Source of the DNA: Faecousia sp.
Lineage (GTDB): Bacteria > Bacillota > Clostridia > Oscillospirales > Oscillospiraceae
Direction of reading: 5' to 3'
Assembly (NCBI GenBank): GCA_045120675.1
Contig: JBGVFB010000042.1
Location: 5,493-69,492 of the forward strand
DNA length: 64,000 bases
How positions within the stretch are numbered: the stretch's first letter is position 1; every line of letters starts with the position of its first letter. The position numbers and the translations under genes are program-made. Below the pieces are notes generated by a model. It was not told the origin of the DNA. It saw nothing but the letters and a program-made list of their open reading frames with translations, and did no database searches. Positions 37,804 to 46,806 of this stretch are shown here, piece by piece.

Positions 37804-38376
37804 ATGAAACAGAAATTACCAATCCTTTTAGAACTGCTGCTGCATTTTGCGAAAATCGGCTGCTTTACCTTCGGCGGCGGTTATGCTATGATCAGCCTGA
37901 TTTCGGATACCTGCGTCAACCGGAAGCACTGGATCGACGACGAGGAAATGATGAATTTGATGGTTGTGGCGGAAAGCACCCCCGGCCCCATTGCTATCAA
38001 CTGCGCCACCTATATCGGTTATAAATTGGCAGGTCTTGCCGGCGCGGTGGCGGCAACGGTGGGGATTGTGCTGCCGGCATTTTGCATCATTTATGTGATT
38101 TCATCGTTTCTGGACGGTTTTCTGGAATACCCGCTGGTTGCAAAGGCATTTCAGGGCATTAAGGTTGGTGTTGGTGTCCTGATTCTGGATGCAGGCTTGA
38201 ATATGCTGAAGAAAATGCCTAAAAAGCCGCAGCCCCGCATCACTGCCGGCTGCGCATTCGCAGCCATGCTGCTGATCGAACTGTTCTCCCTGAATATTTC
38301 CAGCATTGCCTTGCTGCTGGCGGCAGCGGTGATCAGCCTGAGCATCTACCTTGTGAAAGGTGGTGCTTCCAAATGA
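37804..38376 (+). CDS. Short-chain chromate transporter subunit
   Basis: FTFGGGYAM, AESTPGPI. Confidence 0.9.
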   Translation: MKQKLPILLELLLHFAKIGCFTFGGGYAMISLISDTCVNRKHWIDDEEMMNLMVVAESTPGPIAINCATYIGYKLAGLAGAVAATVGIVLPAFCIIYVISSFLDGFLEYPLVAKAFQGIKVGVGVLILDAGLNMLKKMPKKPQPRITAGCAFAAMLLIELFSLNISSIALLLAAAVISLSIYLVKGGASK

Positions 38377-38927
38377 TCTATCTGGAGCTGATTTTGGGAT
38401 TTTTGGAAGTGGGCTGCTTTTCTTTCGGAGGTGCCTACAGCGCGATTCCGCTGATCCGGGATGTGGTGCTGTCCTACGGCTGGCTCAGCGATGAGACCAT
38501 GACCTATATGATCGCCGTGGCGGAAAGCACCCCCGGCCCCATTATGGTGAATCTGGCGACCTTTGTGGGTAATGCGCAGGCAGGCCTTTTTGGCGCGATT
38601 CTTGCCACCACGGCGGTGGTGCTGCCCTCTTTCATCGCAATTCTGCTGATTATGAATCTAATGCGGAACCTGCTGAAGCATGGCAGCGCGCAGGCGATTT
38701 TGCGGGGATTGAAGCCCTGCATCATCGGTATCGTGCTGGCAATGGGTGCATACATGACCCTGCACCGCTGCTTCCCTCTGACGGATGTGATTCTGGATTG
38801 GCGGGCAGTGGTGATTGCCGCGCTGCTGCTGGTGCTGCGGAACGTGTATCCGAAGCTGCGGAAGAAAAAACTGTCGCCCATTACGATGATCGTGATTTCT
38901 GCGGTTTTCGGCCTGCTTCTATACTGA
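38373..38927 (+). CDS. Short-chain chromate transporter subunit
   Basis: FSFGGAY, AESTPGPI. Confidence 0.9.
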   Translation: MIYLELILGFLEVGCFSFGGAYSAIPLIRDVVLSYGWLSDETMTYMIAVAESTPGPIMVNLATFVGNAQAGLFGAILATTAVVLPSFIAILLIMNLMRNLLKHGSAQAILRGLKPCIIGIVLAMGAYMTLHRCFPLTDVILDWRAVVIAALLLVLRNVYPKLRKKKLSPITMIVISAVFGLLLY

Positions 38928-38959
38928 AAAACGGACACCCCGCGGGGTGTCCGTCATTT

Positions 38960-39913
38960 TTATTTCTGATAAGAACATTCCGGTCCGAAGAAGTCGTACA
39001 ATTCCTCCACATACCGGTCCGGCTCCACCGCATAGGCAAGGCCGTGACCTGCACCGGGGATGGTCACCAGATGCTTGCGGCTGGTGCAGGCTTCGAAGTT
39101 TTCCTGACTCATATAGCAGGGGACGAAATCGTCCGCTTCGCCGTGGAAGAAAATCACGGGCAGTTTGCAGCGGCGCACTGCTTCCAGCGGAGAGGTCTCC
39201 TCCAGATCAAAGTGACCGAAAATCCGCGCGCCCAGTTTGACAAAGGGATAGCTGGGTTTGGGCGGCAGGCCCATTTTACGGATCACCTCATACATGATCG
39301 CTTTGGCGGAGGTATAGCCGCAGTCGGCGAGGATTCCCACCACGTTGGGCGGCAGTTCCTCTCCGCCGGCCATCAGCACGGTGGCCGCGCCCATGGAAAT
39401 ACCGGTCAGGATAATTTTAACATCGGGGCCGAAATGATCGATTGCAAAATCGATCCAGCTAAGGCAGTCCCGCCGTTCGTGGACACCGAAGGTGATCACG
39501 TGGCCGCCGCTGTTTCCGGCGCAGCGCTGATCCACGATCAGGGCGCTTCTGCCCACCCGGAAGCAGCGTTCGATGCCGCCGGACAGATCCCGTTCCGCGC
39601 TGCCGCGGTAGCCGTGGAACATCAGTTCGATGGGTGCGCCGGGGGCATACTCGTAGTATTTGGCATAAAGCTTCAGACCGTCGAAGGCGGTGATTTCAAA
39701 AGACTCCCGGGGCAGCGCCCACATCTGACGCACCCAGCCTTCCATCTTTTCCCGATGGACTTCATAGATCTCACCCTCCGGAATTTCGATAGTGCCCTCC
39801 GGCAGGGGCTTGCGGGGCGGTGCGTAGAAGGCAATGCGGTAGCAGATATAGGAAATCAGAAGAATCAGGGCGGCAAGACCCAGAAGAATGCCAAATATCA
39901 GCATTTTTGTCAC
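38960..39913 (-). CDS. Membrane-anchored alpha/beta hydrolase
   Basis: FHGY, GISMG, HGEADDFVP, GAGH. Confidence 0.88.
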   Translation of the reverse strand: MTKMLIFGILLGLAALILLISYICYRIAFYAPPRKPLPEGTIEIPEGEIYEVHREKMEGWVRQMWALPRESFEITAFDGLKLYAKYYEYAPGAPIELMFHGYRGSAERDLSGGIERCFRVGRSALIVDQRCAGNSGGHVITFGVHERRDCLSWIDFAIDHFGPDVKIILTGISMGAATVLMAGGEELPPNVVGILADCGYTSAKAIMYEVIRKMGLPPKPSYPFVKLGARIFGHFDLEETSPLEAVRRCKLPVIFFHGEADDFVPCYMSQENFEACTSRKHLVTIPGAGHGLAYAVEPDRYVEELYDFFGPECSYQK

Positions 39914-40013
39914 TTCCTGTTAAAGAATGAAGCTATTGTATCACGAAAGAACGCGGCAGGCAAGATGCCGGAAACGACAAAAAAGCGGTGCAGCGTTTGC
40001 TGCACCGCGTCTT

Positions 40014-40169
40014 TTAGCCTTCGGAAAATTCGTCCTTGCCTACATAGCACAGAGGGCACTGGAAGTCAGCGGGGACATCCTCCCACTTGGTGCCGGGGGC
40101 GATACCTGCTTCGGGGTAGCCCTGTGCCTCGTCGTATTCCCAGCCGCAAACGTCACATACATATTTCAT
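40014..40169 (-). CDS. Rubredoxin (51 aa, absent from the ORF track)
   Basis: Hand translation [51 protein letters not shown]; AAGGAG RBS; terminator at 39979-40008. Confidence 0.95.
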   Translation of the reverse strand: MKYVCDVCGWEYDEAQGYPEAGIAPGTKWEDVPADFQCPLCYVGKDEFSEG

Positions 40170-40267
40170 GGTGATAATCTCCTTAAAGTTTTATTTGATA
40201 GGATTTGTTCTTCCTTGTGATTTTATTCTATCGAAAACTCCGGAGATCTTCTGTGACTTTCTCACAT

Positions 40268-40807
40268 TCAGGGGTTGGTGATCAGGTCGATGCCCTGCTG
40301 CAGGGTTTCACCGCTGATGGCACCGGTGGCCTGCACGATGGCATGGCCTTCCGCATCGATGAAGAAGGTGGCGGGAATGGCGGAGATGCCGTACACGGCG
40401 GCGGCCATGGAGGTGGTATCATAGAAAACGGGGAAGGTATAGCCCTGAGAAGCAATGAAGGCGGATGCACCCTCCACGGTTTCGGTGGTTCCGTCGGTCA
40501 GGTTGATCATCAGAAACTGCACATCATCGCCAAGCTCCTGATGCTTTTCGTTGAAGTCGGGCATTTCCATTTTACAGGGGCCGCACCAGCTGGCCCAGAA
40601 ATTCAGCACCACGGGCTTGCCCAGATAATCGGACAGCTTTACCTCATTGCCGTCGGCATCATAGACCGTGAAGTCCGGTGCTACGACCTGAGGTGCTTCC
40701 GTGGAAGCAGGTTCTGTGGGGATAGGTTCGGTGACAGCCGCACCGCCCGCGGCGCAGCCGCTCAGCAGCAAGGCGAAAACAAACATCAAAATCAGTAGCT
40801 TTTTCAT
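40268..40807 (-). CDS. TlpA/ResA-type thiol-disulfide lipoprotein
   Basis: Lipobox LSGC; LNFWASWCGPC, AIPATFFID. Confidence 0.92.
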   Translation of the reverse strand: MKKLLILMFVFALLLSGCAAGGAAVTEPIPTEPASTEAPQVVAPDFTVYDADGNEVKLSDYLGKPVVLNFWASWCGPCKMEMPDFNEKHQELGDDVQFLMINLTDGTTETVEGASAFIASQGYTFPVFYDTTSMAAAVYGISAIPATFFIDAEGHAIVQATGAISGETLQQGIDLITNP

Positions 40808-40810
40808 AGG

Positions 40811-41689
40811 TTACAGCTCCTCCTCCGTGTCATTGGGGGATGATTCTTCGGCGGCATCCGCGTGCTGCGCGGCAGCAACGTTGACAAAAAGCTTCGAAGG
40901 ATCATGGGGACGAAGATTCAGCCACAGCAGTATGGAAACTGCTGCAAAACAGCTGACCGCCGCCAGAAGCTGGCTGACACGGAAGGGCCCCCAGTACAGG
41001 CTGTCGGTGCGAAGACCCTCAATGAAGGCGCGGCCAAGACCATACCATGCGGCATAGCCGAGGGCAATCTGACCGTCGTACTGACGCTTTTTGGAAAGCT
41101 GATGCAGCAGCAGGAAGCCGATTGCATTCCACAGGGATTCGTAGAAGAAAGTGGGATGGTAGCAGGTCACGTCGCCGGTATAACGGTTCATCAGGCCCAT
41201 CCGCAGGAAGGTGTCCGTTTCTGCGCCGAAGGCTTCCCGGTTGAAGAAATTGCCCCAGCGGCCGATGGACTGGCCGATCAGGAAGCCCAACGAAACCAGA
41301 TCCAGCATGGCAGGCAGCTTGATGCGCTTGACACGGCACAGCACGGTCACACCGATGGCCGCACCCAGCACACCGCCATAAATGGCAAGGCCGCCTTCCC
41401 AGATGTACAGCAGACGGATGGGATCGTCTGCATAATGCTCCCAGGAGAAAATGCAGTAGTAGGCGCGGGCGCAGAGAACCGCAAAGGGAGTTACATACAG
41501 CACACCGTCCAGCACATCATCTTCCTTGATGCCGAACTGCTTGCTGCGGCGGGTGGCATAGACCACCGCCAGAATCAGGCCGAAGGCAATGATCATGCCG
41601 TAAAAATGGATGCTCAGCGGGCCGAGGGCAATGCTGCGGGGCGGATCCAGCGCAATGCCCAGCGCAGGGAAGGAAATTTCGGAATACAT
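40811..41689 (-). CDS. lgt: Prolipoprotein diacylglyceryl transferase
   Basis: WEGGLAIYGG, GQSIGRWGNFFN, HPTFFYES, IEGLRTD. Confidence 0.95.
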   Translation of the reverse strand: MYSEISFPALGIALDPPRSIALGPLSIHFYGMIIAFGLILAVVYATRRSKQFGIKEDDVLDGVLYVTPFAVLCARAYYCIFSWEHYADDPIRLLYIWEGGLAIYGGVLGAAIGVTVLCRVKRIKLPAMLDLVSLGFLIGQSIGRWGNFFNREAFGAETDTFLRMGLMNRYTGDVTCYHPTFFYESLWNAIGFLLLHQLSKKRQYDGQIALGYAAWYGLGRAFIEGLRTDSLYWGPFRVSQLLAAVSCFAAVSILLWLNLRPHDPSKLFVNVAAAQHADAAEESSPNDTEEEL

Positions 41690-41690
41690 A

Positions 41691-42974
41691 TTACATAACC
41701 TCCTTGATGGGGTTGATCAGGGACAGGCAGCAGCGGTCCGGGTGTACCACGCGGTGCAGGAATTCCTGAATTTCGTGCTTTTCAACACGGCTGTAAACCG
41801 TGGGGAAATCAAAATAATCAAAACCGGACAACGCATAGGCACACAGACGGAAGCAGGTGGAATCAAAGCTGTCCAGATCGCGGATGCGGCGGCCGAAGGC
41901 GCTGCGCTTCATCCGCAGGAATGCGTCATCGGGGATGCCGTCGCGGACGATTTTCTGCGCCTGTTCGATCAGTGCTTCCCGCACACGGTCGCTTTCGTAG
42001 CTGTCGCCGGAGCAGAGCAACAGGGCCATACCGTCGATGGTCTCAAAGCCGCCGCCGAAGGAGGAATCGATGATGCCCTCTTCATAAAGCCGCAGGTACA
42101 GCTCGGAAGATTCACCGTACAATGCCTCCGCGGCCAGATCGCCCACGATTTCCTGCCGGATGGCCTCCGCGCCTTTGCCGGTGGGTTCGCACTTGAAGCC
42201 CAGCTGGAACATGGGCATGGAGATGTCCATTTCCGCGCAGCTTTCCTTGCAGACAAGGGTCATATCCTCCGTCCACGGGCGCAGCTTCACACCCACGGGG
42301 CGCTGCTCGCTGCCCAGCATTTCCAGTGCGATCTCTGCTACGCGGTCGGGGTCCACATCGCCCACCACACACAGGAGCATATTACCGGGGGTATAGAAGG
42401 CCCGGTGGCAATCATGCAGCAGTTCGGGTGTGATTTCCCGAATGCTCTCGCAGGTGCCGAGGATGGGAACATGGATGGGATGGCTGCGGTACATATTCTG
42501 CATCAGCCATTCGAAGGATTTGGTGTCGGGGGCATCTTCATTCATGCCGATCTCCTGATCGATGATGCCGATCTCCTTTTGCACGCTTTCTTCGGTGAAA
42601 TAGGGGGTGGATACAAATTCCAGCAGCAGCTTCAAAGCAGGCTCGAAATTTTCGGTACAGGAGATGTAATAGGCGGTCATGTCGTAGCTGGTGAAGGCAT
42701 TGGTGCCGGCACCCAGCGCGGCCAGTTCCGCGGATACATCCCGACCGTCGGGCAGATCGAACATCTTATGCTCCAGAAAATGGGCAATACCGGCCGGTGC
42801 GTGGATTTCACGGCCTTCCAGCGTAAAATCCGTGTGGATGGCACCGAAATCCGTCACAAAATAGGCGAGCTTTCTGGTAAAACCGGGCCGCGGCACCACC
42901 ATCAGGGTCAGTCCGTTGGGAAGAAGCTGTTTATACAGCTTTTCGCCCAGACGGGGATATTCAAAAGGGGTCAT
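41691..42974 (-). CDS. ymfH: M16 zinc peptidase, YmfH-like
   Basis: GIAHFLEHKMF (HxxEH), NAFTS, KEIGIIDQE. Confidence 0.88.
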   Translation of the reverse strand: MTPFEYPRLGEKLYKQLLPNGLTLMVVPRPGFTRKLAYFVTDFGAIHTDFTLEGREIHAPAGIAHFLEHKMFDLPDGRDVSAELAALGAGTNAFTSYDMTAYYISCTENFEPALKLLLEFVSTPYFTEESVQKEIGIIDQEIGMNEDAPDTKSFEWLMQNMYRSHPIHVPILGTCESIREITPELLHDCHRAFYTPGNMLLCVVGDVDPDRVAEIALEMLGSEQRPVGVKLRPWTEDMTLVCKESCAEMDISMPMFQLGFKCEPTGKGAEAIRQEIVGDLAAEALYGESSELYLRLYEEGIIDSSFGGGFETIDGMALLLCSGDSYESDRVREALIEQAQKIVRDGIPDDAFLRMKRSAFGRRIRDLDSFDSTCFRLCAYALSGFDYFDFPTVYSRVEKHEIQEFLHRVVHPDRCCLSLINPIKEVM

Positions 42975-44236
42975 TTTTCGGCTCCTCTCAGGAAATAAGT
43001 GGTGTGAAGGGAAACGGTTCCCGCTGCGGCAACGACGGAATCCATGGTCACGGCCCGAACTTCGTCCATATACTGCTGCGCAGAGCGGAAGGTGCCGCTT
43101 AAGGTGTGGGTGGAGTAGTAGCTTTCGATGGAAGCGGGAGAATCGTGAATGCCCCGCAGGGAGGAAAGCAGCGCTTCCTTGGCGGCATTCAGCTCTTCCT
43201 GCGTGATCTCGCCGCGGCGGCAGGCATCCAGCTGCGCCAGTACCTCTGTGCGGACAGCCTGCTCCTGCTCCCGGTCGATACCGGCGGATACGGTGACGAT
43301 GCCCTTGGAAGAGTAGTAGCCGGAGCCGATGGCATAGCAAAGGCTCATTTTCTCACGAATCTGCGTAAACAGTTTGGAAGTCATGCCCGCGCCGAAAATG
43401 GTGTTCAGCACCTGCGTGGCGGCGAAGTTGGGGTTTGCGCCGGTGATGGGCGTCACAAAGCCCATGCACAGGACACTCTGAGCCACGTCCGCGTCTTCAG
43501 TATGGTGGCTGCTGCCCGCATTCTGAAAAGCGGTCTGGGAAGAAACGGGGATGTAGTTTCTTTCAATGGGAGCCAGCATCTTTTTCAAAAGTCCGGCAAC
43601 GGTTTCAGCAGGTGCGCTGCCCACATAGAACAATTCAATCGGACTGGTGCGCAGAATGTGGCGGTAGTGTTCATAAAGGGGTTTGGCTTCGATGGCTGCA
43701 ACGGATTCCTTGTCACCCAGACGGGGGACACCGAAGGAGTCGGCCTTACACATATTCCGCAGGAGCTTACCCATGGCATAGGCACGTTTGTCATTGAGCT
43801 CGGATTCGATGGTGGCGATGAGGTTTTTCTTCTCACCGGCTACAAAGCTGCGGTCAAAGCCACCGTCCTCGGTCAGCGGATCCAGCAGAAGCTCCCCCAG
43901 AAACTGTAGCATAGGTTCCAGAATCCGGTCGCCGTCCATGGCGAAACGGTCGTCGAGGAAGGTGCAGGAAAGGCCCGTTGCCTGATAATCGCCCACACGG
44001 CGGACCATGGTGCCGACGGAAGCACCGTACAGCTCGTCAAGGCGGTTGGTGATGGAGCGCAGATCGGGACAATTGGTGCAGCCGCGCAGCAGAATGGTGG
44101 GAATCAGGGCATTCATGGCCGCTTCTTCAATGCACTGGGGGCGGATGATCTGCAGACTCAGGCAGCCCTGCTTGAACCGGTCGTCCGCGAAAGCGCGCAG
44201 CGTGACACCCGGATAAATGGAAAAGGTTTTGATCAT
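42971..44236 (-). CDS. ymfF: Inactive M16 peptidase subunit, YmfF-like
   Basis: LDELYGA, SKLFTQIREKMSLCY; no HxxEH; paired with ymfH. Confidence 0.85.
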   Translation of the reverse strand: MIKTFSIYPGVTLRAFADDRFKQGCLSLQIIRPQCIEEAAMNALIPTILLRGCTNCPDLRSITNRLDELYGASVGTMVRRVGDYQATGLSCTFLDDRFAMDGDRILEPMLQFLGELLLDPLTEDGGFDRSFVAGEKKNLIATIESELNDKRAYAMGKLLRNMCKADSFGVPRLGDKESVAAIEAKPLYEHYRHILRTSPIELFYVGSAPAETVAGLLKKMLAPIERNYIPVSSQTAFQNAGSSHHTEDADVAQSVLCMGFVTPITGANPNFAATQVLNTIFGAGMTSKLFTQIREKMSLCYAIGSGYYSSKGIVTVSAGIDREQEQAVRTEVLAQLDACRRGEITQEELNAAKEALLSSLRGIHDSPASIESYYSTHTLSGTFRSAQQYMDEVRAVTMDSVVAAAGTVSLHTTYFLRGAEK

Positions 44237-44257
44237 AGTGTTCTCCTGATGGGAAAT

Positions 44258-44631
44258 GTAAATTGATATTTATCGCGCTGTTGGTTCTTCGCTGACAGCT
44301 GCCGACTACCACTGTCATTGCGAGGAGCGTTAGCGACGTGGCAATCTCCTGCTGCGCGGTTTGGTGCAGAAACAACCGATTAACATTGTAAATCTTGAAT
44401 ATTCGATGTTAATTGGTTTCTATTACTTCGTGCTGCGGTGCTGGAGATTCCCACGTCGGGGCTTCGCCCCTCCTCGGAATGACATACTTGGTGGTGCGGT
44501 GCAACAGCACGACAAGCTGAAATTTGCACAGTGGTAACGAATCGGGTGAGCCCAATGGTGTACCGTTTATTGCCGGCCTGACAGGCACGCGTTGGCCGGC
44601 GGCCCCTGCCGCCCGATAAACCGAAATTTAC
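44258..44631. repeat. Composite TIR-bounded element containing an inverted REP doublet
   Basis: Left end AAATTGATATTTATCG; right ends CGACAAGCTGAAATTT (44510-44525) and CGATAAACCGAAATTT (44614-44629); first ~265 bp near-identical to 53193-53457. Confidence 0.8.
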
Positions 44632-44780
44632 CTTTCCGGAAACGAAATTACAAGTATTATATACTACTTTTTTCGAAATAGATAGTCCGACATAAAAATT
44701 TAAGACTTTTGCGGTTGTTATTTTGCCCCATTTGCGGTACAATGGAGAAAATATCGGCATATTACATAGGAGGAACAGCC

Positions 44781-45719
44781 ATGGCATGGCTTGAAATTAC
44801 ACTGGACACCGATTCCGAAAAGATCGAATCCGTTGCCGCACAGCTGACCGCGCAGGGTTTCGCGGAGCTGGTGATCGAGGATCAGGCAGAGTTCGAGACC
44901 TTTCTGGATGAGAACCGGGCCTACTGGGACTATATCGACGAAGACCTGCAGGAAAAACTGCAGGGCCTTTCCCATATCAAACTGTACTTAGAAGACACGC
45001 AGAAGGAGGACCTTGCCCGGCTGGAGCGTGCTGCCGCGCAGCTGGGACTGCCTATGGAGGTCAAATCCATGGCGGAAACCAACTGGGAGGAAAGCTGGAA
45101 GGACAATTACCCCGCCGTGGAAGTGGGCGAAAACCTGATCGTGGTTCCCTACTGGGCAGCGGAGGAGACAAACGGACGCACTCCTGTCATTCTGGACCCC
45201 GGTCTGACCTTTGGTACCGGCGCCCATGCGTCCACCCAGATGGTTATGGGGTTCATGGAAAACTGCGTGCGCCCCGGTTTCCGCTGCTTAGACCTTGGCA
45301 GCGGCAGCGGCATTTTGTCCATTGCTGCCCTGCGTCTGGGCGCAGCTTCCGCAGTCGGTGTGGATATCGACCCCAAGGCCGAGGACATCGCCCGTGAAAA
45401 TGCCGCGTACAACGGCTTCGGCGCACCGGAATTCGCGGCGCTGACCGGCAATGTCACAGAAGATACTGCCCTGATGGAAAAACTCCGGCAGCAGTCCTAC
45501 GATCTGGTGCTGGTCAATATCGTGGCCGATGTGATTATTGGTCTGTCCCCTGTCCTGCCCGCATTTTTGACCGAAAGCAGCATTCTGCTCTGCTCCGGCA
45601 TTCTGGATGTGCGGCTGGAGGACGTGAAGGCGGCGCTGGAAAAGGCCGGCCTTGAAATTCTGGAAATCAAAGCAAAGGAAGACTGGCGCAGCATCCGCGC
45701 CAAAAGGAGATCTGTATGA
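44781..45719 (+). CDS. prmA: Ribosomal protein L11 methyltransferase
   Basis: DPGLTFGTGAHAST, DLGSGSGILS, DIDP, NIVADV, SGIL. Confidence 0.93.
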   Translation: MAWLEITLDTDSEKIESVAAQLTAQGFAELVIEDQAEFETFLDENRAYWDYIDEDLQEKLQGLSHIKLYLEDTQKEDLARLERAAAQLGLPMEVKSMAETNWEESWKDNYPAVEVGENLIVVPYWAAEETNGRTPVILDPGLTFGTGAHASTQMVMGFMENCVRPGFRCLDLGSGSGILSIAALRLGAASAVGVDIDPKAEDIARENAAYNGFGAPEFAALTGNVTEDTALMEKLRQQSYDLVLVNIVADVIIGLSPVLPAFLTESSILLCSGILDVRLEDVKAALEKAGLEILEIKAKEDWRSIRAKRRSV

Positions 45720-46762
45720 ATTTAACCTACCGCACCAAGCGCCGTCTGCAGCGGGCCGGATTGATCGGCCTGATCGTGCTGCTGGTGGTGATTCTGGCCG
45801 GCTTCTGCTGGGTCATCTGGCTGGAGCGTTACGTGGTCTATACCCGCGACGGTGCAACACTGAATTTTGAATGGAGAGAACCGGTGGGTGCCGGACAGCT
45901 GGCGCTGCCGCCCTCTGCCGGTGAAACGGTTCCCATCTACGTTAACGAAGGTATGGATGCCATCGATCTGAACCGGGAGCTGAGCCAGTTCAGCGGTTAT
46001 TACATCGACGGCGATACCTTGCAGAACGACGTGGCGGGCGCTCGTGATATTGTGGCCAAGCTGCCTGCCAATACGGCGGTCATGGTAGAACTCAAGAGCA
46101 TCTGGGGCCAGTTTAATTACTCGTCCAATGTTTCCAACAAGACCATTTCCAACCGTGTGGACGTAGAACAGGTGGACAAGCTGATCACCGACATCACCAG
46201 CCGTAACCTGTATGCGGTGGCGGTGATTCCGGCCTTCCGTGACCGGTATTTCTTCCTGATCAACAACAGCAATACCTCCATGGGTCTTGCGATCCCCAAG
46301 AAGGGCTATCTGTGGCAGGATGACGATAACTGTTACTGGTTCGATCCCACGGACAACGAGACCATCCTGAGATTGCAGGAGATCGTGACGGAACTGAAGG
46401 GCTTGGGCTTTGATGAAGTGGTCTTCTCGGAGTTCCGTATTCCCAATACTGACCGGATCAATTTCAAGGAAGACAAGACCGAGACGATCAAGAAGGCGGC
46501 ACAGACCATGGTCGCCTCCTGCGCAACGGAAAACTTTGCCGTATCCTTCCTGGTGGACGATTCCAATTTCCCCATGCCCGATGGCCGAAGCCGGCTCTAT
46601 TTGCAAAATGTGGGTCCCAAGAATGTGGGCGCTGTGGCGGCGCTGCTGGATTTCCCCAATCCGGTGGCACAGCTGGTGTTCATGTGCAACACCAATGACA
46701 CCCGTTATGATGACTACAGCGTCATGCGGCCCATCGCTATGGCGGCCTCCGACGGAAACTGA
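45716..46762 (+). CDS. Membrane-anchored putative glycoside hydrolase-like TIM-barrel protein (DUF4015-like)
   Basis: Basic N-terminus plus TM helix; IPAFRD, WFDP, LGFDEVVF. Confidence 0.55.
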   Translation: MNLTYRTKRRLQRAGLIGLIVLLVVILAGFCWVIWLERYVVYTRDGATLNFEWREPVGAGQLALPPSAGETVPIYVNEGMDAIDLNRELSQFSGYYIDGDTLQNDVAGARDIVAKLPANTAVMVELKSIWGQFNYSSNVSNKTISNRVDVEQVDKLITDITSRNLYAVAVIPAFRDRYFFLINNSNTSMGLAIPKKGYLWQDDDNCYWFDPTDNETILRLQEIVTELKGLGFDEVVFSEFRIPNTDRINFKEDKTETIKKAAQTMVASCATENFAVSFLVDDSNFPMPDGRSRLYLQNVGPKNVGAVAALLDFPNPVAQLVFMCNTNDTRYDDYSVMRPIAMAASDGN

Positions 46763-46806
46763 TAAGAAAACAGCGTGCAGCTTTGATGCTGCACGCTGTT
46801 GATTTT

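Noticed and set aside
41691-43340. 549-aa version of the M16 peptidase
   Set aside because: The N-terminal extension overlaps ymfF in another frame; the real start is ATG 42974 with an AGGAG RBS.
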